Assembly (NCBI GenBank): GCA_036785375.1
Contig: JAWMAR010000256.1
Location: forward strand, 1,674,001 to 1,738,000
Length of the DNA: 64,000 bases
Direction of reading: 5' to 3'
DNA from: Leucoraja ocellata
Taxonomy: Eukaryota
Positions 34,347 to 45,590 of the stretch are shown one piece after another. The notes beneath the pieces are model-generated. The model saw nothing but the letters and a program-made list of their open reading frames with translations, ran no database searches and was not told the DNA's origin. How positions within the stretch are numbered: position 1 is the stretch's first letter; every line of letters starts with the position of its first letter. The translations under genes and the position numbers were made by a program.

Positions 34347-36165
34347 TTGAGAGATCAAATGTAGGTCCCTTGCAGTCAGAAACGGGTGAATTGATCATGG
34401 GGAACAAGGACATGGCAGACCAATTGAATAACTACTTTGGTTCTGTCTTCATTAAGGAAGACATAAATAATCTGCCGGAAATAGCAGGGGACCGGGGGTC
34501 AAATGAGATGGAGGAACTGAGTGAAGTCCAGGTTAGCCGGGAAGTGGTGTTAGGTAAATTGAACGGATTAAAGGCCGATAAATCCCCAGGGCCAGATAGG
34601 CTGCATCCCAGAATACTTAAGGGAGTAGCCCCAGAAATAGTGGATGCATGAGTGATAATTTTTCAAAACTCTTTAGATTCTGGAGTAGTTCCTGAGGTTT
34701 GGAGGGCAGGTAATGTAACCCCACTTTTTAAAAAGGGAGGGAGAGAGAAAACGGGGAATTACAGACCAGTTAGTCTAATATCGGTAGTGGGGAAACTGCT
34801 AGAATCAGTTATTAAAGATGGGATAGCAGCACATTTGGAAAGTGGTGAATTCATTGGACAAAGTCAGCATGGATTTATGAAAGGTAAATCATGTCTGACG
34901 AATCTTATAGAAATTTTCGAGGATGTAACTAGTAGAGTGGATAAGGGCGAACCAGTGGATGTGTTATATCTGGATTTTCAGAAGGCTTTCGACAAGGTCC
35001 CACATAAGAGATTAGTATACAAACTTAAAGCTCACGGTATTGGGGGTTCAGTATGGATGTGGATAGAGAACTGGCTGGCAGACAGGAAGCAAAGAGTAGG
35101 AGTAAACGGGTCCTTTTCACAATGGCAGGCAGTGACTAGTGGGGTACCGCAAGGCTCAGTTATGGGACCCCAGCTATTTACAATATATATTAATGATTTG
35201 GACGAGGGAATTGAATGTAACATCTCCAAGTTTGCGGATGACACAAAGCTGGGGGGCAGTGTTAGCTGTGAGGAGGATGCTAGGAGGTTGCAAGGTGACT
35301 TGGATAGGCTGGGTGAGTGGGCAAATGCATGGCAGATGCAGTATAATGTGGATAAATGTGTGGTTATCCACTTTGGTGGCAAAAACAGGAAAGTAGATTA
35401 TTATCTGAATGGTGGCCGATTAGGAAAGGGGGAGATGCAACGAGACCTGGGTGTCATGGTACACCAGTCATTAAAAGTAGGCATGCAGGTGCAGCAGGCA
35501 GTGAAGAAGGCGAATGGTATGTTAGCATTCATAGCAAAAGGATTTGAGTATAGGAGCAGGGAGGTTCTACTGAAGTTGTACAGAGTCTTGGTGAGACCAC
35601 ACCTAGAGTATTGCGTACAGTTTTGGTCTCCTAATCTGAGGAAAGACATTCTTGCCATAGAGGGAGTACAGAGACGGTTCACCAGACCGATTCCTGGGAT
35701 GTCAGGACTTTCATATGAAGAAAGACTGGATAGACTCGGTTTGTACTCGCTAGAATTTAGAAGATTGAGGGGGGATCTTATAGAAACTTACAAAATTCTT
35801 AAGGGGTTGGACAGGCTAGATGCAGGAAGATTGTTCCCGTTGTTGGGGAAGGCCAGAACAAGTGGTCACAGTTTAAGGATAAAGGGGAAATCTTTTAGGA
35901 CCGAGATGAGGAAAACTTTTTTCACACAGAGAGTGGTTAATCTCTGGAATTCTCTCCCGCAGAAGGTCGTTGAGGCCAGTTCATTGGCTATATTTAAGAG
36001 GGAGTTAGATGTGGCCCTTGTGGCTAAAGGGATCAGGGGATATGGAGTGAAGGCAGGTACAGGATACTGAATTGGATGATCAGCCATGATCATATTGAAT
36101 GGCGGTGCAGGCTCGAAGGGCCGAATGGCCTACTCCTGCACCTATTTTCTATGTTTCTATGTTTA
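34347..36165 (+). mobile_element. Young 5'-truncated CR1/HER1-type LINE
   Basis: 1.8 kb of ORF2 with a single in-frame TGA (34649-34651), 3' UTR and (TTTCTATG)n tail. Confidence 0.95.
34652..36070 (+). CDS. CR1 ORF2 reverse transcriptase (complete RT domain; endonuclease missing)
   Basis: NYRPVSLISVVGKLLE, QHGF, DFQKAFDKVPH, GVPQGSV, KFADDTKL; the frame continues upstream to about 34350 past one stop. Confidence 0.92.
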   Translation: MIIFQNSLDSGVVPEVWRAGNVTPLFKKGGREKTGNYRPVSLISVVGKLLESVIKDGIAAHLESGEFIGQSQHGFMKGKSCLTNLIEIFEDVTSRVDKGEPVDVLYLDFQKAFDKVPHKRLVYKLKAHGIGGSVWMWIENWLADRKQRVGVNGSFSQWQAVTSGVPQGSVMGPQLFTIYINDLDEGIECNISKFADDTKLGGSVSCEEDARRLQGDLDRLGEWANAWQMQYNVDKCVVIHFGGKNRKVDYYLNGGRLGKGEMQRDLGVMVHQSLKVGMQVQQAVKKANGMLAFIAKGFEYRSREVLLKLYRVLVRPHLEYCVQFWSPNLRKDILAIEGVQRRFTRPIPGMSGLSYEERLDRLGLYSLEFRRLRGDLIETYKILKGLDRLDAGRLFPLLGKARTSGHSLRIKGKSFRTEMRKTFFTQRVVNLWNSLPQKVVEASSLAIFKRELDVALVAKGIRGYGVKAGTGY

Positions 36166-36257
36166 TATCATGACTCTCAGTCAGAGCTGTGAATAACACT
36201 GAACACATGCCTACTAATTGTGATTGGTTTTACTGACCTGTGAGTGCCCTTAATGTA

Positions 36258-36482
36258 GTTTGAAAAAGAAAAGCAAATGTGGTGGTGATTTGTTGGTGTG
36301 AAAAAGCAAAGCAGATGTGGTGGTGGTTGGTTTGAAAAAGCAAAGCAAATATGGTGGTGGTGGTGGTTGTTTTGAAAAAGCAAAGCAAATATGGTGGTGG
36401 TGGTGGTTGCTTTGAAAAAGCAAAGCAAATGTAGCAGTGGTGGTTGGTTGAAAAAGTTAAGCAAATGTGGTGGTGGTTGGTT
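36258..36482. repeat. ~35-40-bp minisatellite TTTGAAAAAGCAAAGCAAAT(GTG)nGTTGG, about 6 copies
   Basis: Direct reading of the sequence. Confidence 0.9.
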
Positions 36483-36569
36483 TAATCACAACTCTCTGTC
36501 TGAGCTGTGAACCAACTGGACATACTGAATGTCTACTGAATAATCTACTGAATACTATTTTCTATGTTT

Positions 36570-36675
36570 CTATTTGATAGGGGACGACCAGCCATGATCA
36601 CAATGAATGATGGTGCTGGCTTGAATGGCCGAATAGCCTCCTCCTGCACCTATTTTCTATGTTTCTATGTTTTCT
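36570..36675 (+). mobile_element. CR1 3' tip
   Basis: CAGCCATGATCACAATGAATG...CCTGCACCTATTTTCTATGTTTCTATG. Confidence 0.85.
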
Positions 36676-36771
36676 AAGTATGAGTGTGGTTTTTAAGTGC
36701 TTTTTACTTGTTTTTTATGTGGTGGTTTGTGGTGTTTTGTGGTGTTTTATGTGGTTTTGTGGTGGTTTCAC

Positions 36772-37381
36772 CCAACTTGAAACGGTATGAAACTGCATTT
36801 GAATTTGATGGCCTTGCAACCTGCTTGAAATGGCATGAGACTGCATTTGAATTTGGTGGCCTTGCACCCCGCTTGAAATGGCATGAAACTGCATTTGAAT
36901 TTGGTGGCCTTGCACCCTGCTTGAAATGGCATGAAACTGCATTTGAATTTGGTGGCCTTGCACCCTGCTTGAAATGGCATGGAAATGCACTTGAATTTGA
37001 TGGTCTTGCACCCTGTTTAAAGTGGTATAAAACTGCACTTGAATTTGGTGGCCTTGCACCCTGCTTGAAGTGGAAGGAAACTGCATTTGAATTTGGTGGC
37101 CTTGCACCCTGTTTAAAGTGGTATAAAACTGCACTTGCATTTGGTGGCCATGCACCCTGCTTGAAGTGGAAGGAAACTGCACTTCAAATTGGTGGCCTTG
37201 CACCCTTCTTGAAGTGGTAGGTACTGCACTTGAATTAGGTGGCCTTGCAACCTGCTTGAAGTGGTATGAAACTGCACTTGAAATTGGTGGTCTTGCACCC
37301 TGCTTGAAGAGTTAGGATACTGCACATGAATTAGGTGGCCTTGCACCATGCTCGAAGTGGTATGAAACTGCACTTGAAATT
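36772..37381 (+). repeat. 48-bp minisatellite, about 12-13 copies
   Basis: Unit CTTGAAATGGCATGAAACTGCATTTGAATTTGGTGGCCTTGCACCCTG. Confidence 0.95.
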
Positions 37382-37402
37382 GACATTCCGAAGATGTGAG
37401 GG

Positions 37403-37553
37403 TTCGTAGGTTAATTGGCCTCTGAAAATTGCCCCGGGTGTGTGACAAGTGGACGAGAACGTGAGATAATGTAGAACAAGTGCGAATGGGTGATCAGCGT
37501 GGACTTGTTGTGCCAAAGGGCCTGTTTCCGTGCTGTGTCCCTAAATCAAACTA
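37403..37553 (+). mobile_element. HE1-like SINE, 3' half
   Basis: GTAGGTTAATTGGCC...AAGGGCCTGTTTCCGTGCTGT. Confidence 0.75.
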
Positions 37554-37574
37554 ATCTAGCTAGGTAAATGCAAG

Positions 37575-38050
37575 TCAATAGCCAACAGGTGCAGGAGTAG
37601 GTCATTCACCCCCTCAAGTCAGCACTGCCATCATGGCTGATCATCCACAAATCCCATTCCTGCTTTCTCCCCATATCCCTTGACTCACTGTCTTTAAGAG
37701 CTCTGTCCAGCTCTCTCTTGAAAGCATCCAGAGAACCAGCCTCCACTGCCCTCTGAGGCAGAGAATTCCACACTCACAGCTCTCTGTGTGAAAACATTTT
37801 TCCTCATCTCCATTCTAAATGGCTTACGCCTTATTCTTAAACTGTGTCCCCTGGTTCTGGACTCCCCCAACATTGGGAACATGTTTCCTGCCTCTAGCGT
37901 GTCCAAACCCTTAATAATCTTACATGGTTCAATAAGATCCCTTCTAAATATTCTAAATTCTAGATTATACAAGCCCATCTGCTCCATTCCATTAACATAT
38001 GACAGTCCTGCCTTCCCAGAAATTAATCTGGTGAACCTACTCTGCACACC
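37575..38050 (-). mobile_element. CR1 3' fragment
   Basis: GVQSRFTRLISGKAGLSY...LEAGNMFPMLGESRTRGHSL. Confidence 0.9.
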
Positions 38051-38051
38051 C

Positions 38052-38470
38052 CCAAGTTTCATACCATTTCAAGCAGGGTGCAAGGCCACCAAATTCAATT
38101 GAAGTTTTGTACCATTTCAAGCAGGGTGCACGGCCTCCAAATTCAAATGCAGTTTCCTACCAATTCAAGCAGGGTGCAAGGCCACCAAATTCAAGTGCAG
38201 TTTCATGCCATTTCAAGCAGGTAGCAAGGCCACCAAATTCAAGTAAAGTTTCATACCATTTCAAACAGGGTGCAAGGCCACCAAATTCGTGCAGTTTCAT
38301 ACCATTTCAAGCAGGGTGCAAGGCCTCCCCTCCCATCGGAAGTGTCGTGCCCTTCATGGCATAATTGACAGGAGAGAGATTCTCAACATTTTTAAAACAC
38401 TGATAACACTTTTATTTTTCATTGATGGGAAGAATCCTCTGCACCTGATGAGCCAAGGGGGACTGAGTGT
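38052..38470 (-). repeat. Inverted 48-bp minisatellite (about 6 copies) plus an inverted copy of 34095-34225
   Basis: Reverse complement of the 36772 unit, followed by the reverse complement of the unit-4 5' block. Confidence 0.85.
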
Positions 38471-38489
38471 TTACAAATACACAAGACCA

Positions 38490-39518
38490 GGTGTTAAAAG
38501 TCCAAAGTGCCAGATATCAATTTACTCTCGATGGTGATGGGAGCCTTCTGCACTCAACTATGCTCCTCCAATGTTTAGAAAGGCTGGGCAGACACGTCAT
38601 TGGGGTTATCAAGTGGGCACCTACTTTCATCGACGTTTCGCTGATGGAACCCACAACGTCTCCAGTAGGCTCAGCGGTGTATTCTGGCGTCCAAGAACCA
38701 CCCCCCTCTGCATCTGTCTAGTCGGTTATTTGGGAGACCAAATGGGGTCTTTCCTCTTCAGCCAGAGCCACTGCGTAACTCCGCTCTGCCACACGTGATG
38801 TTTCTTTGACGGCCTGGCGTAGGGCTTGTCCTCTGATCCCCAGGTCCTTCATCAGTTTTAAGGTAGATGTTCCCACGAATCCTCGACATCCAACTTCTAC
38901 CGGGCAGATCTTAGCTCTCCAACCCCGCTGTTCTGCCTCTGCTGCAAGCTCTGTATATCGCAGTTTCTTTCGAAGGCTTCCTGCACAGCATCCTCCCAAG
39001 GGACTGTGAGCTCCACAAAATACACTATGCGCTGAGATTCGACCAGAGCACAAGATCAGGCCTCATGTTGGTGGTGGCTATCTCTGATGGAGATGTAAGC
39101 CTTTGGTCTCACTATCAGATGCCTTCCTCCACTGCTTCTTGAGCTGCCTTCTCTCCCGTATTAAGCATTCCATCTCCTTTTGCTGTCTGGACTTGCTTTC
39201 CAAAGCTGGTGACTTTTCCTTTTTGTCCCTTATTCCATATCGGTCTGCTCCACAGCCATAGATGATGTCCCCCATCTTATCAAGCTTTCTTTCAACTGTA
39301 CCCCTTACACCCTGTAAGATATGGGTCAGGTCTACATTTATGGTCTCCCATTCTTTCTTCTCTGAGGCTCCAGGCCATTTGACGCAAGGTTTTCTTCTGC
39401 TGATCTTTTTCTCCATTGCTGGTTTTCTTGGCTGGACGGGCTCCATATCTTCCTCTGCCTGCGTAACTGTGCTGATGCCCTGCGAACGTTGGTGAGACTG
39501 CAGTCGCTGGACTTCTCC
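38490..39518 (-). mobile_element. HERO-like RLE non-LTR retrotransposon with the RT domain deleted
   Basis: N-terminal VKWPGASEKKEW...KSRQQKEMECLIRERRQLKKQWRKAS is joined near 39090 to the RLE segment EIATTNMRPDLVLWS, FVELTVPWED, KLRYTELAAEAEQRGW, PVEVGCRGFV. Confidence 0.8.
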
Positions 39519-39805
39519 GGATGGCATTAACATTGAATTCTACCAATTTTGCTAGCCCTTGCTGTCTCCTCCCCTTCCTTAACCCTCTAGCTGTCTCCTC
39601 CCACCCTCCCATCCGCCCACCCTCGGGCTCCTCCTCCTCCCCTTTTCCTTCCTTCTCCCCCCGCCCCCCATCAGTCTGAAAAAGGGTTACGGCCCGAAAC
39701 GTCGCCTATTTCCTTCGCTCCATAGATGCTGCTGCACCCGCTGAGTTTCTCCAGCAATTTTGTGTACCTTCGATCTTCCAGCATCTGCAGTTCCTTCTTG
39801 AACAC
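39519..39805 (+). mobile_element. Penelope 3' fragment
   Basis: GIY-YIG end PDGINIEF, pyrimidine tract, then CTGAAAAAGGGTTACGGCCCGAAACGTC and the GCTGAGTTTCTCCAGC block. Confidence 0.85.
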
Positions 39806-39909
39806 AAGATATTCATCCAACCTTCCTCTCTGACTCGTACACTCTAATCTTCGTCAAACTCCAGCATATCGCTTTTAAACGTTAGAAATGTGGATGGATA
39901 GGAGCCCTC

Positions 39910-39960
39910 TTTTTCTCTCTCTCTCTCTCTCTCTCTCCACATCACTTTTTTTTTCTCTTT
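39910..39960. repeat. (CT)n and poly-T microsatellite
   Basis: Direct reading of the sequence. Confidence 0.9.
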
Positions 39961-39964
39961 CTAA

Positions 39965-40515
39965 TGCCTTTATTCAACAATTGCATATTACAGTGTACCA
40001 AAAGTCCATAAATGTTCAATGGTCACAATACATCAAGCAGTCATTATAATACAATGGTCCAGTTTTTATATACAATGTTCTCGACCCCTCGCGGTGACCA
40101 GTGCTCACGGCAGGCATCCAGCATCCCCATTGACACTGCGTATTTCGTCCCCAGGGACACGCGAGCATGGACATAGGCCCGGAAGAGGTGTAGGCAACCG
40201 ACTCTGGTGTGACTTACTGCCTGGACCCGCGAATGACCATCTTGGCCAGGCCCAGGAGCAAACCGACAGGGAGATCCCTCCTTCCTGACCAGTCCTCTCC
40301 ACTCCCTGCTCCATACCCAAACACCAGGATTATGGGACTGAAATGCAAACCTTGATAAGCAGCCCCTTGATATATCCGTATAGGGGCAGCAACCTTACAC
40401 CCACCATATACACGTGGAACACGGTCTCTTCCTCTCCGCAGATGTTACAAGTGGCCGGTGAGCGCGTGAACGAAAATTTCAATTTTTGCAGACAGCGGAT
40501 GTGGGCCAGAAACTG
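39965..40515 (-). mobile_element. Tx1/L1-clade LINE 3' end
   Basis: Zinc-knuckle-like CNICGEEETVFHVY, LLLGLAKMVIRGSRQ in an adjacent frame, and AATAAA at the end. Confidence 0.75.
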
Positions 40516-40659
40516 TTCTTCTTTGCTCTTTAAAAAAATGATACAATTCATCTCATTCTTTCAACGCCAGTCTTTACAAGTGTGATTTAAAAATCTCTGG
40601 AAGGTTTTTCAGGTTTATAATACTGATTTATTTTAAGGTGTAGCACTTTTGTTCAGCTG

Positions 40660-40778
40660 AGCACAAAGTGCTGGAGAAACTCAGTAGCTCAGGAAGCATC
40701 TATGGAGGAAACGAGCAGACAGCATTTCGGGTTGGGACCCTTCGTCAGACTGATGCATCTGCAGTTTTGTGTGTCCCC
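40660..40778 (-). mobile_element. Penelope pLTR-derived fragment with a hammerhead-type core
   Basis: Minus strand reads CTGACGAAGGGTCCCAACCCGAAATGC. Confidence 0.75.
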
Positions 40779-41388
40779 AGTTTTGTTCATCTCTTGTGCC
40801 TGAGTTCATGGGACTGCTAGTTAAGATTAGTGCATAATCTAGCAGGTTTATGCACGAAAGCGGAGAAACTGTAAGAGACCACATACCACAACGTGACGAG
40901 CATCCACTATTCATATCACAATCTGACACACATGTATCTGAACCCCTGCTTCACAACAGATGTTATTACAGAACTCAGTCATTTGTTGCAGCGCAAACCA
41001 GATCTTTAAACCACGGCATGTACAATACTTCCTGCAGTTACAATCACCAGAAGCCTCAAATTTCTAACCTACTTCATCATTTCACATTTGAACACCATGT
41101 TACACATAATTGCATCGTTTTTAAAGCTCTTTTTCCCCAGGAGGAGCCAAGTCAGCATTTCCTCCCATATTACGTTCTTCAGGGAAAAGAGCTCCTTGAT
41201 AGCAGGTTTAGTTAAATTATCAAGACTAACTGATTGAATATGCATCATAGCATGTGCCTTATATAAAGAACCTAGGGGTCCGACATTGTGTGAAGATATT
41301 CAAAAACAGCTCACGATTCTGCAATTGTCATGAAAGCCTTGTATTTTAGCCCCTTTCCATTTAGAGATAATGTCAAAGACATATACAG

Positions 41389-42405
41389 TAGCAATGTTAC
41401 AAAATTTTGAGATTTAAAAAATCAAGTCTGCAATTTATCCCATCAGATAACACTAAGTTTAATTTGACACCTAATTCACTTTCATAACTCAAGTAATAAA
41501 AAAGTTATGGCCATTTTCATACCCGGAAATTAGCATCTTGTTCCCTATTGATTTTCTATGGAATAACAAAAAAGCTGTGATCGAGGACAGTCAAAAGCCC
41601 ATAACCTTCTTAAAAATTAAGAGAACTGAATGAAATTTTCAGTTATCATAGATTGAACCATTCTGAAACAAATATAAAATAATCTTACTTGGAGGACCTG
41701 AAATTAAAGCATATAATTAGTTAATTACCCAATTGTAGCTAATTTCAAACTTCAATTACTAGATCTAAACATCTATCCATTTCTTAATAAATGATTAACA
41801 TTTTTAAATAGCCTTTCCAAATAATATTCACAAATAATTCACAATAAAACATGATTTTTAAATCTCATTTACATCAATTTATAGGCCAAATGGAAGGAAT
41901 TTAGTGTTCAGTTGCTGTAAATTCAAGTCAATTTAAATCGGCTTTCTTGTGGGTTCCTGTGAACGCGCTGGTTTAGAACGTTCACATTGCAGTGGATTAG
42001 TGCCCTCAAAAATACTGCGGGATATAAAGAGCCCAAAATGAACTATTCGCTATAGAAAACTTTATAGACAGGGTTCTTAAGAAGCCCCTTTTAATGTAAA
42101 AATAAGATACATACCTTTAATTGTTTGCTTTATAAAACCCTGGGGCTGCGAGAGGTCGCGGTTTGAGAGAGTGGTTTTTAAACTACTATAACTATTATAC
42201 AAGGCCATAAAAACTAATAATACCTTTTGCGACGGGGTCTTTCAGCGATTTTCCGTTAATGATTTACTAGGCTGAACATTTTCAATTGCAACAGCCTAGT
42301 AAAAATCGCGTTTTAAACCCGCCCCCTCTAAACAGCGCCAAAATCGCGCACACGGCCTGGGGGCAGATTCTCATCGACGATTCAGGTAGGTTTTGTAACA
42401 TACCT
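41389..42405. mobile_element. Non-autonomous DNA transposon with subterminal IRs and an 8-bp TSD (Zisupton-like)
   Basis: TAGCA-ATGTTACAAAA ... TTTTGTAACAT-ACCT; perfect TSD ATATACAG (41381-41388, 42406-42413). The superfamily name is inferred from the end structure only. Confidence 0.6.
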
Positions 42406-43189
42406 ATATACAGTGCAGGAACAGGGCCTTTGGGCCCTTCGTCCATGCCAACCAAGTCATATAACTGAGCTAGTCTCATTTGCCTGTACCTCCCCAATAT
42501 CCTTCAAACCTTTCCTGCCCATGCACCTGTCTATGTATCTTATCTGGCCACCACCTGTCCACATCATTCTCTGTGTGAAAAATATTTCCCTTACCCCCAG
42601 GTCCCTTTTAAACATTTCCACTCTCAACTTAAACCTATGCTCTCTAGTTTTAGACTCTTCTTCCCAAGGTGAAAGACAGTGGCTATTCATCTTATCTATC
42701 CATTATTATTTTATATGGAATCATAAGGTCACCCCTCAGCCTCATATGCTCCTGGGAAAATAGACCCAACTTACCCAGCCTCTCCTGATAACTCAAACCC
42801 TCCTGACCCAGCAACATCCTCATGAATGCTTTTTGCACACTTTCCAGTTTAATGACATTCTTCTTATAGCAGGATGACCAGAACTATGTTCACAATACTC
42901 CAAATATGGCCTTACCAAAGTCTTGTATCTCTGTAACATGATATCCCAACTCCTATATTAATTTCTCTGACAAATGAAGGTAAGCATGTCAAATGTCCTT
43001 TTCACCACGCTGTCCGGTGTCGCTACCTTCATGGAACGATGTACCAGCACTCATACGTCTCTCTTTTCTACAACATTTGGTTGTGCAAGTGCTACCCTGG
43101 TATGTTCTCCCAAAATGCAATACATTGCATTTTTTTCCAATTAAAGTCAAACCTCCTCAGTGTATTGTGCCCTGTGGATCAGGTAATCA

Positions 43190-43540
43190 TAAATAATCAT
43201 CCATGGCCCGGGGTGTACGTAGCTGCCACCCTCCAATCCAGCTGACAAAGCTATTGTTGCGGGAGCTCCGGAGAATCAGCCACCAACCTGGGACCTGCGA
43301 GCTCCCTGCGAGCTCCCGATGTTGTCATCCACTGGGCCCAGGGCCGAAGCCTCCGAGGTTCCGAAGTCGGGCCACCACCGCAGCGCCACCACAGCCCCAA
43401 AGTCGGCCAGCTTTGCGATGGTGAGTCCTGGCTTTGCCTCCGGCGCCTCAAGGTCAGTCCCAGTTGGCGAGCGCCAGCTCCGCGACTAGGCCTCAGCACA
43501 GACGGTATTCCTAAACTAAACTAAACTAAACTAAATCTAA
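43190..43540. mobile_element. GC-rich insertion ending in (CTAAA)n, family unassigned
   Basis: Interrupts the CR1; CpG-rich body resembles the interior of the Rex-derived elements. Confidence 0.4.
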
Positions 43541-44130
43541 TCTCCCAAATCAGGCTACCATGTCTTGCTAATAATCATGCAGACACAATATACCTCAATA
43601 CCCTCAGTCTTCTTGTTCATCTCTTCAAAAAAACACAATGAAGTTGATGAGAAATGATTCCTATCCACAAAGCTATGCTGACTATCCTTAATCAGTCTTT
43701 TCTTTTCCAAATGCATGTAGATTCTACCTCTCAGAATCCCCTCCAATAACTTACACATGACTGGTTAGTCTCACTGGTCTTTAGATCCCAAGCATTTCCT
43801 TGCATCAATTCTTAATTAAAGGCACAACATTAACCATCCTCCCGTCTTCCCCTCCTCATCCATGGCCATTGAAGCATCTTTGCCAGTGGCCTCATAATGT
43901 CTGAGAATACACTTGATCAAGTCCCAGAGATGTATTTACTTTAATGTGCCTTAAGACCTTTCAGCACCTCTTCTTCTGTAATATTGATTCTCGCTGAGGC
44001 ATCACCCTTAACTTTCCCGAGTTTCCTAGCATCCATGTCTTTCTTCATAGTAAATATAGGTGAGACATATCCATTTAATACTTTGCCCCTCTGCTATATC
44101 TTCACACATAGATGACCCTGTTGTTTGTTA

Positions 44131-44585
44131 ACATAGAAACATAGAAATTAGGTGCAGGAGTAGGCCATTCGGCCCTTCGAGCCTGCACCGCCATTCAATA
44201 TGATCATGGCTGATCATCCAACTCAGTATCCCGTACCTGCCTTCTCTCCATACCCCCTGATCCCCTTAGCCACAAGGGCCACATCTAACTCCCTCTTAAA
44301 TATAGCCAATGAACTGGCCTCAACTACCCTCTGTGGCAGAGAGTTCCAGAGATTCACCACTCTCTGTGTGAAAAACGTTCTTCTCTTCTCGGTTTTAAAG
44401 GATTTCCCCCTTATCCTTAAGCTGTGACCCCTTGTCCTGGACTTCCCTAACATCGGGAACAATCTTCCTGCATCTAGCATGTCCAACCCCTTAAGAATTT
44501 TGTAAGTTTCTATAAGATCCCCTCTCAATCTTCTAAATTCTAGAGAGTATAAACCAAGTCTAATTCTAGAGAGTATAAACCAAGT
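44131..44585 (-). mobile_element. Young CR1 3' fragment with a short duplication at its 5' junction
   Basis: Near-identical to 1459-1895; AATTCTAGAGAGTATAAACCAAGT occurs twice; probable TSD GTTAA. Confidence 0.93.
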
Positions 44586-45019
44586 TAAGGAGCCCTATTC
44601 CTTCCCTAGTTAATTTTTTGCCCATAATATATACTTGTGGAATCTCTTTTGATTCTACTTTACCTTTTCTTCCAAAACAATCTCATGTCCCTGTTTTGTC
44701 TCATGATTTCCACCTTAGGTGTATTACTATACCACTAAAATAATGTGCTTGTTTTCAGCTGACACATGCCTAGTTTTTCCTGACCAGACTTTCTGTATTA
44801 CTCAGCAACCCCCGGGTTCCCTACTCCTGACAGTCTTGCCCTTCACTCTAACAGGAACATGCTGATCCTATCTCATGTTGAGAAGCCTCCTACCTTCCAG
44901 ATGTATCTCTATCTGCAAACAGCCTCACAGTCAGGATGGCTTCAGGGCCCTCTAGTAATTCATTCAGGTTTTCACTCTCCTCCACCTGGCAGAACATACC
45001 CTCACCCTTAACAAGTTAG

Positions 45020-45590
45020 TCATAGGAAAAGGCCCTTCAGCCTAATTTGGTCATGCCAATCTAGATGCCCTAAGTTAGTCCCATTTAGCGGTATTAGTCC
45101 TATATTCCTCCAGATTTTCAAATTAATTAATGGTCCAAGAGTTTTCTTTAAATGTTGTTACAGTACCTGCCTCATCTACCTCCACTGGCATCTCATTCCA
45201 TATAACAACCTCTTTCTCTTTTGACTCATAAGGCCATTATAGTAGAATTAGGCCATTTGGCCCATCAAGTCTACTCCACCATTCAATCATGGCTGATCTA
45301 TCTCTTCCTCCTAACCCCATTCTCCAGCCTTCTCTCCATAATCTCTGACACCTGTACTGATCAAAAATCTATCTATCTATCTCTGCCTTAAAAATATCCA
45401 TTGACTTCGCCTCCACATCCTTCTGTGGCAAATAATTCCACAGATTCACCACCCTTTCCTCTCACTTTCTTCAAGATAAAGTTCAAGATCAAGATCAAGA
45501 TAGGGGAGAATAAGTGTTCGGTACGGACTAGAAGGGCCGAGATGGCCTTTCTGTAATTGTGCTGTAATTGTTATATGTTATATGGTCATA
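45020..45590. mobile_element. Cluster of CR1 3' fragments (two minus, one plus)
   Basis: GGCCCTTCAGCC, GGCCATTTGGCCCATC...TCAATCATGGCTGATC and a (TATATGT/GGT) tail at 45570-45590. Confidence 0.75.

Larger units (their letters stand above)
33995..37381 (+). mobile_element. Helitron-like unit 4 carrying minisatellites, interrupted by CR1 copies
   Basis: 5' TCTATATAATTAAACTC directly follows unit 3; the sequence appears to resume after the CR1 at 36166; no 3' CTAG end found. Confidence 0.5.
42414..45000 (-). mobile_element. Long degraded CR1 broken by later insertions
   Basis: 3' end at 42414, ORF2 peptides (EEESKTREHRFKL, CKLLEGILRGRIYMHLEKKRLIKDSQHSF); resumes at 43545 and 44590. Confidence 0.8.

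Noticed and set aside
36684-37220. 178-aa repeat protein (FEFGGLAPCLKWHETA)n, or a CRISPR-like array
   Set aside because: A 48-bp minisatellite whose unit is divisible by three; it has no unique spacers, no cas genes and a eukaryotic context.
38590-38670. Hammerhead in the HERO 3' UTR (GAAACGTC ... TTGATAA on the minus strand)
   Set aside because: No intact CUGANGA, and the required stems could not be built.
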